The translations under genes were made by a program, and so were the position numbers. A DNA stretch of 64,000 nucleotides from Azolla caroliniana (Eukaryota; Plantae; Polypodiophyta): assembly GCA_043228905.1 (NCBI GenBank), contig JBHGNT010000016.1, positions 4,278,001 through 4,342,000 of the forward strand. Direction: 5' to 3'. Of the stretch, positions 50,200 through 61,299 are shown piece by piece. The notes beneath the pieces were generated by a model, which saw nothing but the letters and a program-made list of their open reading frames with translations, had not been told where the DNA came from and searched no databases. Numbering within the stretch: position 1 is the first letter of the stretch; every line of letters begins with the position of its first letter.

Positions 50200-52188
50200 A
50201 TCTTTGCAACCCATTAGTGGTTCCATTCCCTCTTAGCAAGTTAGCAATGTGTTCTCAACTCAAGTAATGGTTGGTACTAAAAGTATTCCTCTAGTACATG
50301 TCTTAGCACTCTTAGATTTTGGAGCCAACTCTTGCTTTATGGATAGGAATTTTTCCCAAGCTCATCAGATATCCCTAAGAAAACTTTCTTGCCCAACATC
50401 TGTAGTAGTTATTGATAGTCATCCCATTGCTTCCAGAAAAATCGTAGAAGAGTTAGAGCCGATTCAGGTTGTCCTAGATAACTTGGTATGTGTAGTATCA
50501 TTTAATATAATTAGTAGTCCAGACCATCAAATTCTCTTGGGGTTACCATGGTTCGAATTACATAACCAAGACATAGATTAGAGAACAAGATAAATCCGGG
50601 GATCTACTCATAGGATTGCAACCATTTCGCTATGTCAATTGCGTGAGGAAGGATGCAAGGAAGCAATGTTTTTCTTCGCAGTATCAGTAAAACCTTCCAA
50701 CACCACTAAAGAGGAATCTACAGTTCAACTTCCAGAGAAGTATCGTCATTATGCCGATGTGTTCGATAAGGTACAAGCCAATATGCTTCCTCGCCACTAA
50801 CCGTATGATTGCCCCATTGATTTACAACTGGGAAAAGTGCCACCATGGGGCTCAATCTACAACTTGTCACCAATCGAGCTAGAAGTCCTTTGAGCCTACA
50901 TAGAGGAGAATTTGGCCAACGGATTTATTTGGCATTCGAAATCTCTAGCCGGCGCACCCATTTTCGTTGTCAAGAAAAAGGATGGATCACTTCGTCTCGT
51001 CGTAGATTACCGTAGCTTGAATAAGGTCACCGTCAGGAATAGGTATGCACAGTCTCCCCCTTATCTTGACAAGTCTTTTAGAACGTATCAATGGTGCAAG
51101 GTTCTTCACAAAGATTGACTTACGAGGAGCATATAACCTTGTATGGATCCAACCAGGAGATGAATGGACTACCAGGTTTCTCACAAGATATGTGCACTTC
51201 GATATATGGTCATGCCATTCGGTCTCACTAATGCACCAACAGTCTTCCAGCACATGGCAAATGATATATTCTGAGATCTCTTGGATGTTTGTTTGATCAT
51301 CTATTTGGATGATCTACTGGTTTATTCGAAGACCCAAGAAGAGCATGATTCTCATGTACTATTATTACTAAAACGGCTTCGAGAACATGGCCTTTATGCA
51401 AAACTAGAAAAATGTAGTTTCGATTGCAACTAGGTGGAATTTCTATGCTATGTCATCACCTCGGAAGGCATCTCTATGGATCCAACTAAGGTCAAAACTG
51501 TGATAGAGTGGCAGAATCCACGTTCGTTGCGAGATGTGTAATGTTTTTTAGGCTTTTCCAATTTTTACCGCAAGTTTATACAAGATTACTCAAAGCTTAT
51601 TCTGCCTCTCACACAACTTACCAAGCAGGGGCAATCGTTTGTTTGGTCTAAAGAAGCGGACTTGGCTTTTGAGAGTCTTAAGAAGGCATTCACATCAGCT
51701 CCTATTCTAGCTTATGTTGATCCAACAAAACCTTTCATCATTGAGGCAGACGTGCCAGATTTCGTCTTGGGTAGCATTCTTTCACAACAAGGCGATGATG
51801 AAAAGGTGCATCCTTTGGCTTTCCACTCACACAAGTTTTGACGCCGCCGAAATCAACTATGAAATTCATGATAAAGAGCTATTAGCAATAGTGGACTCTT
51901 TCATGCAATGGAGGCATTTTCTAGAGGGATCTTCTCATCAAGTCACCGTATTCAGTGATCACAAAAATCTTGCCTACTTCTAGAATGCTCGTGTATTAAA
52001 TTGGCGTCAAGCTCGGTGGGCCCAATTCCTCACTCGTTTCGACTTCAGAATTACATATCATCCTGGGAAGCAACAAGGGAAGGTAGATGCGTTATCATGG
52101 TGCTCATATCTAGCACCACATCCTGGTGAGCCAACCTTCGATAACCAAAAGCAAGTAATATTGGGACCGGCACGACTGCAAGCAACGT

Positions 52189-52921
52189 TGTCGTAGTATG
52201 AATCACACACTACATGAAATATGTAAAATACTATATCTGATTTAAAGTACGTATAATAAATAAAATAAAATATTAAAAATATTTATTACGTGCATATGGC
52301 AGGATTCAAACCCTGTAACCTCCATGTAGACAAACCCTAACCTTACCATTGTACTAACTTATCCTAAGTGTTCTAAATATAGATTTAATACGTATAAGAC
52401 CTTTATTTACGCCTACCTTTATTAAAAGGTAAGTCATGCATTTTTTTAGAATGCATGAATACTTTATTTATAAGAAGAATGTACACCAATAAAAAATGAC
52501 TCGTGCACATCTAACAAGCATGAGCACTATATTTAGGAAATAAAAGCATAGTGTAAAAAGGCAACTCATGCACATTTAGTGTGCATGAACACTTTAAAAA
52601 AAAAGCATGAAGCTATGCTTAGCCTCTTCCATCCTTATATAAGGAGGAGAGAAAGATGTATGGGGGGTTGTTGATTATTTTACAAGGATTGATTAATAAA
52701 TTTTTTTTCGTGGTATTCACGATTTTGCCATCTATTTCTCTCTTACATTCTAAGTATCAATTAATACACTATACTCGTGGGATTCACGAGTTTTTCATAT
52801 CTTTCTTTCCTACCATATATTTCATATTCTTAATTATCTTAGAATCTTCTTTTCTCCTAGTCCAAAACCGTGGTGGTTCCCACCCGATTCACGCAACGAT
52901 CCGGAGCCGAAAGGCACGACA
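52189..52921 (+). repeat. C 5' LTR
   Basis: Direct repeat of 58586-59317. Confidence 0.95.
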
Positions 52922-52959
52922 AAAGTGGTGAACCCGACGTGAACACGAGTGGCAAGGAG

Positions 52960-54999
52960 ATGGAAAATTAACCAGAGGCTAACAACATGATGATGATGTT
53001 CGAGCGGATGCTTCAAGAGCAATGTGCGATGTCGGAGATAGCGGCGGTAGTAGAGCGGCTCGTGCAACGGATCAGGCAATTCAACGGAAAGGACATATCA
53101 CGCTATCTTCGGGACTACAAGGCGGAAATGATACAGTGTGGGATTTCAGAAGGACTGCAAGTGACATCCTTTAACCGGGTAGCTACCGACGGGCTTCAAG
53201 CAAGTATCCACGGGCTACGACAACAAAATCCAACGTGGGAAGCGTTTGAAGATGCGCTAAAGACCACGTTCGCTATCGTGGACTCCTCCAAGGCAACGTG
53301 GAGAGGATTTGAGGATTGGGTGGAAATGTCAGACAAGGGGATGAAGGTCCTCGATGTGTTTTCGGCATTCAAAAGTCGGTTCGGGAGGTTGTTTGCGAGA
53401 GATCAAGCTATCCTCGCACCAGATAAAGTTATTATGTTCTTACGAGCCGTAGACGTCCGGGACCGGAAGGATCTTGGAGTGCTTCTAGAGGACATGACTA
53501 CCGAGAGTGGCCTTACCAAAACATGGGAAAATGTGCGGGATATCGTCGCGCGATACACATAGAGGGGGCAATGGCTTGCCAACGAAGAGAAGAGGGTTTC
53601 GGAACCGATTCCGAAACCGAGATCCGGATCGAAATACTATCAATCGCGGGCTTGGGAGACTACGACCGAGAAGGGAATCGACGCAACCACGGTAGAGCAA
53701 TTGCTGAAAGAAATGGAGAATCTGAAAATCGCGATGGTAAAGAAGTCGGATGACCGTCCCACAAGCTCGAAGTATATGGACCGTCGGTGCATATGGTGCG
53801 ATAGCACCGAACATGATTGGAGGGATTGCGACGACCACAAGGAGGCATTACGACGGGATCTTGTCTGTTACGAGGGAAATCGGATTCATTCGATGGACTC
53901 TCGGAAGCCACTCCGACCGAACTTCCGGAAAGGCAGCATGAAGAAGGTCTTAGAGGAGGAGATCGCGGTGAAAGACAATTATGCAACAACCGCGGGAATA
54001 CGTGTGGGGGAGTCAACTGCAGCAAAGGCATCTTTTTGGCCGGAAGTGTTAGAAATTTCGAAGAAAGCTGACCATGATGAAATCCGAAGCGCCGTGGAAT
54101 GTATCCGGGAAGCTACGGGATGGGAGTGCCCTGTAGATAAGAATAGCGTACATGCACTATGTCAATTGCATGAAGTGTATGTGGATGAAAAACGACGGCG
54201 CACGGATGATGCGGCCGGACCATCAAAGACACCAGAAAGTTGGAACTCCGGAGGGAAGGGAAAAGAAAAGACAATTCCGGCATTCAAGTTCGCTTCAGAC
54301 ATCGAGCAACGGACGGACATAAAGAAAGTGTTCGAGGAGAGAATCCTCGATAGCCGGGTAGAATTTTCGCTTTGGGAATTACTCGGAATAGTGAAGAAGG
54401 AGCTCCACGATCTTCTTGTGGATCTCGTGAAGAGAAAAAGACAAAGTATGGAGGAAAATGCGTCGATGGTGAATGCAAATACCGTTCTGATGAACAACAC
54501 CGAAGTGGAGGGCGAGATTCCGAATTCCCACTATACAAAGCCACACTGGGCGCGTGCAACTACCGAGACTCCGGTCCGAATCGGCAACATCAAAGAGCCC
54601 GTGCTAGCATTGATTGATCACGGATCAGAGATCAATTTGATGTCTAAGGAGTTCTACCAGAAGGGGAAGTGGCCTATTAACACCAATCATGGATGGAAGA
54701 TCCGGGCGGCCACTAAAGCAACGGAAGATCTATTTGCGGCTTGTCCGGATGTGACGGTGAAGATTGGGGATGTCGAGATCGACCAAAATTTCTTCGTACA
54801 AGACGCAGTCTCACACTCTGTGATACTTGGACAACCCTTTATCACGGCTTCACGGATGGCAACAAAGGTGCTCGATAGCGGTGCTTTCGCACGAATTCGG
54901 AGCCAAAGCGGAGGGAAATCCGTCCAATTCCTAACTGTGCCAGCAACTCATGAAAGGAACAAGAGAAAGCTCTTGTCCCAAACAAGGATGGATTTTTAG
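52960..54999 (+). pseudogene. C gag-protease ORF (one frame, premature stops)
   Basis: CIWCDSTEHDWRDC knuckle, HWARATTETPV, ALIDHGSEIN; ends RMDF*. Confidence 0.88.
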
Positions 55000-55053
55000 A
55001 GCGGATTGTTGCGGAGTGGGGCAGTGATAGTCCGAGAAGCCTTGATACCCCAC
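54990..55053 (+). promoter_or_regulatory. Predicted -1 frameshift signal of C
   Basis: G_GAT_TTT, then CGGATTGTTGC/GTGATAGTCCG (several G-U pairs) and GTGGGG/CCCCAC. Confidence 0.75.
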
Positions 55054-58000
55054 ACAGGAAGAAAACTCTCGGAGCAAAACAAGTACGAATCGGTCCGGAT
55101 GGGGCATCTACGTACACGGCCGTAACCGGAGGAATGAAGAAAGAATACTGAAAAGTGGAGGATAAGTTATGGTCGGCATCAATAATAAAAGAAGATGAAG
55201 AAATCGTGGGAATAGTCAAAGAAGTGTTCTATGGGAGCATGCTACAACGGCTTGAAGAGCTCGCGAAAGATACAAGCTAGGGAGACTGGGTAGTCCCGAT
55301 GGAATCGGTCGAGATGTACGAGATCATTGTGAAAATGGGGCCGGATGCGCTTTGCAAAGAAGAAGCAATGGTAAGTACGAAATACAAGACCGTGGAGAAG
55401 AAGGTGAAACTGGCCGTGGGACCACTACCCGCCAATAGCGAACAAAAGAGGAAAGAAGTTTCAGGAGATCCGACACTTCGGAAGTCCGTGGATATCGGAC
55501 ATGCCTTCATGGATGAGACCCGGAAGAAAATTCGGATCGGTGGAGGTGGTTTCATTTTACAAAATGAAGAAGCACGATTCCGAGGGATGTTGGAACAACA
55601 TGGGAAAGCATTTGCATTCACATCGAAGGAGATAGGGTGCATTGATTCGAAGATAGTGGAGCCGATGGTGATCTTCACGATTGACCATGTGCTGTGGAAC
55701 CTGAAGCCGATTTCGGTGCCGCGGGCGCATATTCCCAAAATCATCAACTTGCTCAAGGAGAAGGTGGCGATGGGGATTCTAGAGCCATCAAACGCTCCGT
55801 ACTCAAATCGATGGTTTACGGTTCCGAAGAAGAATGGGTCACTCCAATTTATCCAAGACTTGCAACTGGTGAACAAAGTCACGATCCGGAACTTCGGAGT
55901 TGGTCTGATAGTGGACAAATTTGCGGAAGCATTTGCCAGTCGAGCGATATACTCCATCGGAGACCTATACTCCGGATATGACCAATTCCAACTAGTCGTG
56001 GAGAGCTGAGACATCACTACCATGCGGACACCGATAGGATTAGTCTATATGTGCACACTACCACAAGGCGCAACAAACTTGGTCACACATATGATGGATG
56101 CAATGAACAAGGTGGTCCGGGACTGCATTCCGGAGATAACAATGCCATTCCTAGATGACATTCCGATAAAAGGATGCACGGTGGAAGAAAAAGACGAGAC
56201 TACGGATGATCGGGGATGCCGACAGTTCCTAATCGACCATATTCGCGATTGCGAGAAAGTGCTTCGAAAGTTAGAAGATGTGCACCTAACACTTTCCGGT
56301 GAGAAATCGGCATTCGAGCAAGAAGAAATATTGGTAGTCGGACATCTATGTGGGCCCTACGGCCGAAGACCGTCCCCAACCAAGATCGACGTGATTCAAG
56401 CTATGAAAGAAGTATGCGAGTCACAATCCGAAGTCCGAAGGTTTCTTGGAGCACGTGCATTCTACCACATATGGATTCCGCACTATGCACATATTGCGGA
56501 CCCACTCTATCACTTGTTGAGGAAGGGTAAGAAGTTTGAATAGAAACCGGAGCATACCAAAGCCGTGAAGAAGCTCAAGAAATCACTACAGACGGCAAAA
56601 GCACTAAAGAAGCCGAACTATGACCGACCGATCATAGTAACGGTTGACACAAGTCCAACCGGAATCGGATGGGTCATCAATCAAGCTGATCCGGATGGTT
56701 CGCTATATCCGATCCGATTCGGAGCAAAGGTTCTCAACGAAAGGCAACGTGGATATGCACAAGTCAAAAGAGAATTATGGGGAGTCATGTCGGCAAATAA
56801 ATCGGATCGAGATTATTTGATCAGAGCCGAAGTAGTGATCGAAACAGATTGTCTTCCAATACTCGGGCTGATGCGGTGTTGCATGATACCGGATGTGGCT
56901 ATGCTAAGGTGGATTGCATATGTTAAGTCGCTTAATCCGGAGGTACGCCACATCTCCGGAAAAGACAACGCGGTAGCGGATATGCTATCAAGGGCGCGGT
57001 TCAGAGATGACATAACCGAATCCGATAATGAAGACGTTTCTGAAGACTACTTTGCTTCGGAGCACATATGCTGGGTAAACGTAATCCGAGAATTCCGGGA
57101 AGAAGAATACGAGGGAGAAAGCTTGCTGATCAGGAAAGTGCTACAAGAAATCGAGGTATCATCGGAAAATAAAGAGAAGAGAGCCGAGATCCGAAGTAAG
57201 AAGCGGCAAGTCCGAAAGTTCTTCTTGAAAAATGGATTAATATGGAGGGAGCCGAAAAGACCGGATGGCATACCACTTCGGGTAGTCGAGACGAAAGAGC
57301 AACGAAACCGGATAATGTCTGAATTTCACGAATCTGATTGGGCTGGACATCGAGGAACATGGGCAACTTTTGTGAAAATCAAACAAAAATATTGGTGGAA
57401 AAACATGTACAAAGATATAGCGGAGTTCATGGAAAGCTGCGAGAAGTGTCAAATCTACTCCGGAGTTCGACACCGAGATGAGTTACATCCGACATTCTCA
57501 CCAACAATCAACTTCAAATGGATGGTCGATATTGTAGCCATGCCAACTGGGATCGGACAAAATAAATACTTGGTGTTAGCTCGGGAAGATCTCACTAACC
57601 AAGTAGAAGGTCGGGCGCTACGGAGGAAAACGTGTTCTGCGGTATGCCAATTCTTTTTGGAAGAAGTGTTTTGCAGGTACGGGTGCGTAGGACAAGTGAT
57701 TGCGGATCGGGGAGAACTCGACTCTGATAAAGCTAAGGAATTCTTCACCAAACATGGAGTTCGGTTAACACTGACAACGACATACAATCTGGAAGCCAAC
57801 AGGAAGATCGAACGAGGACATAGTCCAATCGTCAAAGCACTTGCGAAGGCATGCGATGGAAGGGTGAAGGATTGGCCGCATATGCTTCCGTATGCACTAT
57901 GGGCGGATCGGACGACGCATAGCTCCGTAACCGGTTACATGCCGGCAGAACTCATGACCGGACAAGCACCGGTAATGCCAACGGAAACCGCGATCGCGAT

Positions 58001-58529
58001 ATGGATAGTGCTACCGTGGAAGGAAGAGATGAGCCGGGAAGAACTACTAGCGGTCCGGATATGACAACTAGAGGGAAGACCGGAAGACGTAGCGGAAGCA
58101 ATGCGTCGAAAACAAGAAGCGCGATTCCGGAATAAAAGCCGGTTCGACACAAAGCACCGACTATGACCGCGTAAGATTGAAGAAGGAGATTGGGTGATTG
58201 TCTACGACAGTAGTTTGGATCATCAACATACAACGATGTAGAAGTTCGCAAAAAGGTGGTTCGGGCCATACGAGGTTCGGAAAGTTTTCGACAACGGAAC
58301 TTACCGACTATGCGAGTTGGATGGAACGATGCTATGAGTGCCTATAGCTGGGAAACGGGTGAAGATTTTCAAGAAGCGGACTGATGAAGAACCCTATGTG
58401 ATCCTAGACAAGACCAACAAGGAGCAATCGGACGAAGATCGCGGTGATGCGGAAAGCGAAGAAAGTGGATTACAACTCATAGTTGACTTAAGGGGAGAAT
58501 TGGAGGAAGCTTCGGATGAAGGTGAATAG
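54990..58529 (+). pseudogene. C pol (RT-RH-IN), -1 frame, point stops
   Basis: Same motifs as A/B: DLYSGYDQ, MPFLDD, ADRGE, WFGPY. Confidence 0.9.
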
Positions 58530-58585
58530 CAAGCATCGGGGACTTCGGCACATACCGGAGGATGTGCGGGTTCGGAGGGGGCGAG

Positions 58586-59317
58586 TGTCGTAGTGTGAAT
58601 CACACACTACGTGAAATATGTAAAATACTATATCCGATTTAAAGTACTTATAATAAATAAAATAAAATATTGAAAATATTTATTACGTGCATAGGGCAGG
58701 ATTCAAACCTTGTACCTCCACGTAGACAAATTTCAACCTTACCATTGTACTAACTTATCCTAAGTGTTCTAAATATAGATTTAATACGTATAAGACCTTT
58801 ATTTACGCCTACCTTTATTAAAAGGTAAGTCATGCATTTTTTTAGAATGCGTGAATACTTTATTTATAAGAAGAATGTACACCAATAAAAAATGACTCGT
58901 GCACATCTAACGAGCATGAGCACTATATTTAGGAAATAAAAGCATAGTGTAAAAAGGCAACTCATGCACATTTAGTGTGCATGAACACTTTAAAAAAAAA
59001 GCATGAAGCTATGCTTAGCCTCTTCCATCCTTATATAAGGAGGAGAAAAAGATGTATGGGGGGTTGTTGATTATTTTACAAGGATTGATTAATAATTTTT
59101 TTTTCGTGGTATTCACGATTTTGCCATCTATTTCTCTCTTACATTCTAAGTATCAATTAATACACTATACTCGTGGGATTCACGAGTTTTTCATATCTTT
59201 CTTTCCTACCATATATTTCATATTCTTAATTATCTTAGAATTTTCTTTTCTCCTAGTCCAAAACCTCGGTGGTTCCCACCCGATGCATGCAACGATCCAG
59301 AGCCGAAAGGCACGACA
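58586..59317 (+). repeat. C 3' LTR
   Basis: Direct repeat of 52189-52921. Confidence 0.95.
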
Positions 59318-61070
59318 CCGCAGATTTTCGATATGCCATTGGATTCCCACATTATCGATACCATACGTGAGGACTTGAAGACAGATGCTTTTGCTCAAGC
59401 CATTCTACCACAAATTGATCCCTCTCGAGCATCTTGTTCACAGTTGCAACAACCAGGTACGAATTACCGACAATTCGAATGTCATGATGGATTACTATTC
59501 TTTAAGAAGCTCTTGTATGTTCCTAATGGTTCTTGTCATCTTCGAGTAGTTCAAAATTGTCATGACACATATATAGCTGGGCATTTTGGTAGTGCTAAAA
59601 CGTTAGAGTTAGTACAATGATCATTCTGGTGGCCCCATATACGACGATTTGTCGAAGATTATGTTCGGACATGTGATACATGTTCCAGAGCAAAGATGCC
59701 AAGACATCATCCATATGGTTTGTTGGAACCATTACCAATTCCATGCAAGCCGTGCCATTCCATTGCTCTAGATTTCATCACAGATCTTCCAGTTTCTAAG
59801 GAATTTGATTTGATCTTAACAGTAGTAGATAGATATACGAAGATGGCCCATTTCCTGCCATGTAATAAGGAAATCCCTAATGAAGAAACCACTGAAACTA
59901 TCATGCGTGAGGTATGTCAGCATCATGGCCTCCCCGATAGTATCATCAACGACCGTGGACCCCTGTTCATCTCGAAATTCTGGAAACACCTCTTCAAAAT
60001 GCTCAAGGTCACTTGTAACCTCTCCTCCGGCTACCACCCGCAAATAGACAGACAAGCATAACGAACAAATCAAACAGTGGGACAATATCTTTGGTGTTTT
60101 CTAAGCTATCACCAAGATGACTGGATGGATATTCTCCACTCATCTACTAAGGTTATAATAATTTTGCTATAATAATTTTGCTATAATAATTTTGTCCACT
60201 CATCTACTAAGGTTACACCATTTTATGCTTATACGGGCTATCATCCCTAGTGGTGTGTATTCGAAACTCTGGAGTTACCTACAAATCCTTGTGCAGAGGA
60301 TCGTTTGGAGCAGTTACGCAAGATACATGCGGATTTATCTACTATTTACAACAAGCTCAACAAACACACAAGGATTATGCGGATTGTCATCGGCTTCCAT
60401 CTAGTTTTAACATTGGAGATCGGGTATAGCTATTATGACGACACATCAAGACTACTCGCCCATGCGATAAATTGGATTATCGGCAATTGGGTCCCTTTTG
60501 TATTATCGAAAAAATTAATGATGTCACTTTTCGTCTCGATCTACCTCCGCAACTACGAATACGTCTAGTATTTCATAGTTCTCTTCTAGATGTCGGAATT
60601 CCGTGCTCGGCCACAACCGAGGAACAGGATCGATTCACAGAAAACGGGAAATGCAACAATGCACGAAAACAATAGAGAGAAGGGCACACTGGATGTTTTA
60701 CGTGGAAAACCCTAAATGGGAAAAACCACGGGAGTGCAAGACTCCAACTATCACTATACGCGGGAATGTACAATGGCGAGCTGCAAGGCGACGACCTTGA
60801 GCTCGCTGTCCTCGCCACAGGCGGCGGTATTACACAGAGGCGTCGACCTCTTCCTTCCTCCTTCTCTCTCACTCTCTCTCGGCTGCTCTCACTTCGCTCC
60901 CTCTTAGTGGAAAACAGAAAAATGAGCAACAACAGCCTTAACTGTTTGCCCTAAGTCATATTTATACACATATGACTTTCGGGCTATTTACAAATATAGC
61001 CTCAAGGGCTCTTGGCAAACATATTCACAAATATGTCTCCGCATCCGGATCTCTCTCCGGGTACATTCGT

Positions 61071-61228
61071 CATCCGGCTCCGTAACCGGGGTCTTCATCA
61101 TCCGGCTCCGTAGCCGGGGTCTTCATCATCCGGCTCCGTAACCGGGGTCTTCATCATCCGGCTCCGTAGCCGGGGTCTTCATCATCCGGCTCCGTAACCG
61201 GGGTCTTCATCATCCGGCTCCGTAACCG
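61071..61228. repeat. 28-bp minisatellite (~5.6 copies) in the Copia-3 LTR
   Basis: CATCCGGCTCCGTA[A/G]CCGGGGTCTTCAT at 61071, 61099, 61127, 61155, 61183 and 61211 (partial). Confidence 0.95.
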
Positions 61229-61299
61229 CAACCGGGCTTGCCGTCATTCATCTCCGGACATCCCATCCGGAGGGACCGAAATCCCAACAAACTCCCCCT

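Larger units (their letters stand above)
52189..59317 (+). mobile_element. Ty3/gypsy copy C (divergent subfamily), full-length
   Basis: 733/732-bp AT-rich LTRs TGTCG...CGACA, PBS 52926-52942, PPT GGAGGGGGCGAG; flanks ACGT/CCGC. Confidence 0.95.
34626..60590 (+). mobile_element. Ty3/gypsy 'X' (Tcn1/sushi-like), host of A, B, C and Copia-3; 3' end lies outside the window
   Basis: 5' LTR 34626-34903. Internal pieces 34904-35055, 42166-42854, 49896-52188 and 59322-60590 rejoin into gag (KFDGTRSQFRGFL, PMEI, CLYCG..GH...NC), PR (ALLDFGA), RT (YLDD), RH ([13 protein letters not shown]) and IN (H.....GHFG, LDFIT, GPF, VFH.SLL). Confidence 0.88.

Noticed and set aside
61071-61228. CRISPR-like array
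   Set aside because: Repeats are head-to-tail with no unique spacers, inside a eukaryotic LTR, with no cas genes.
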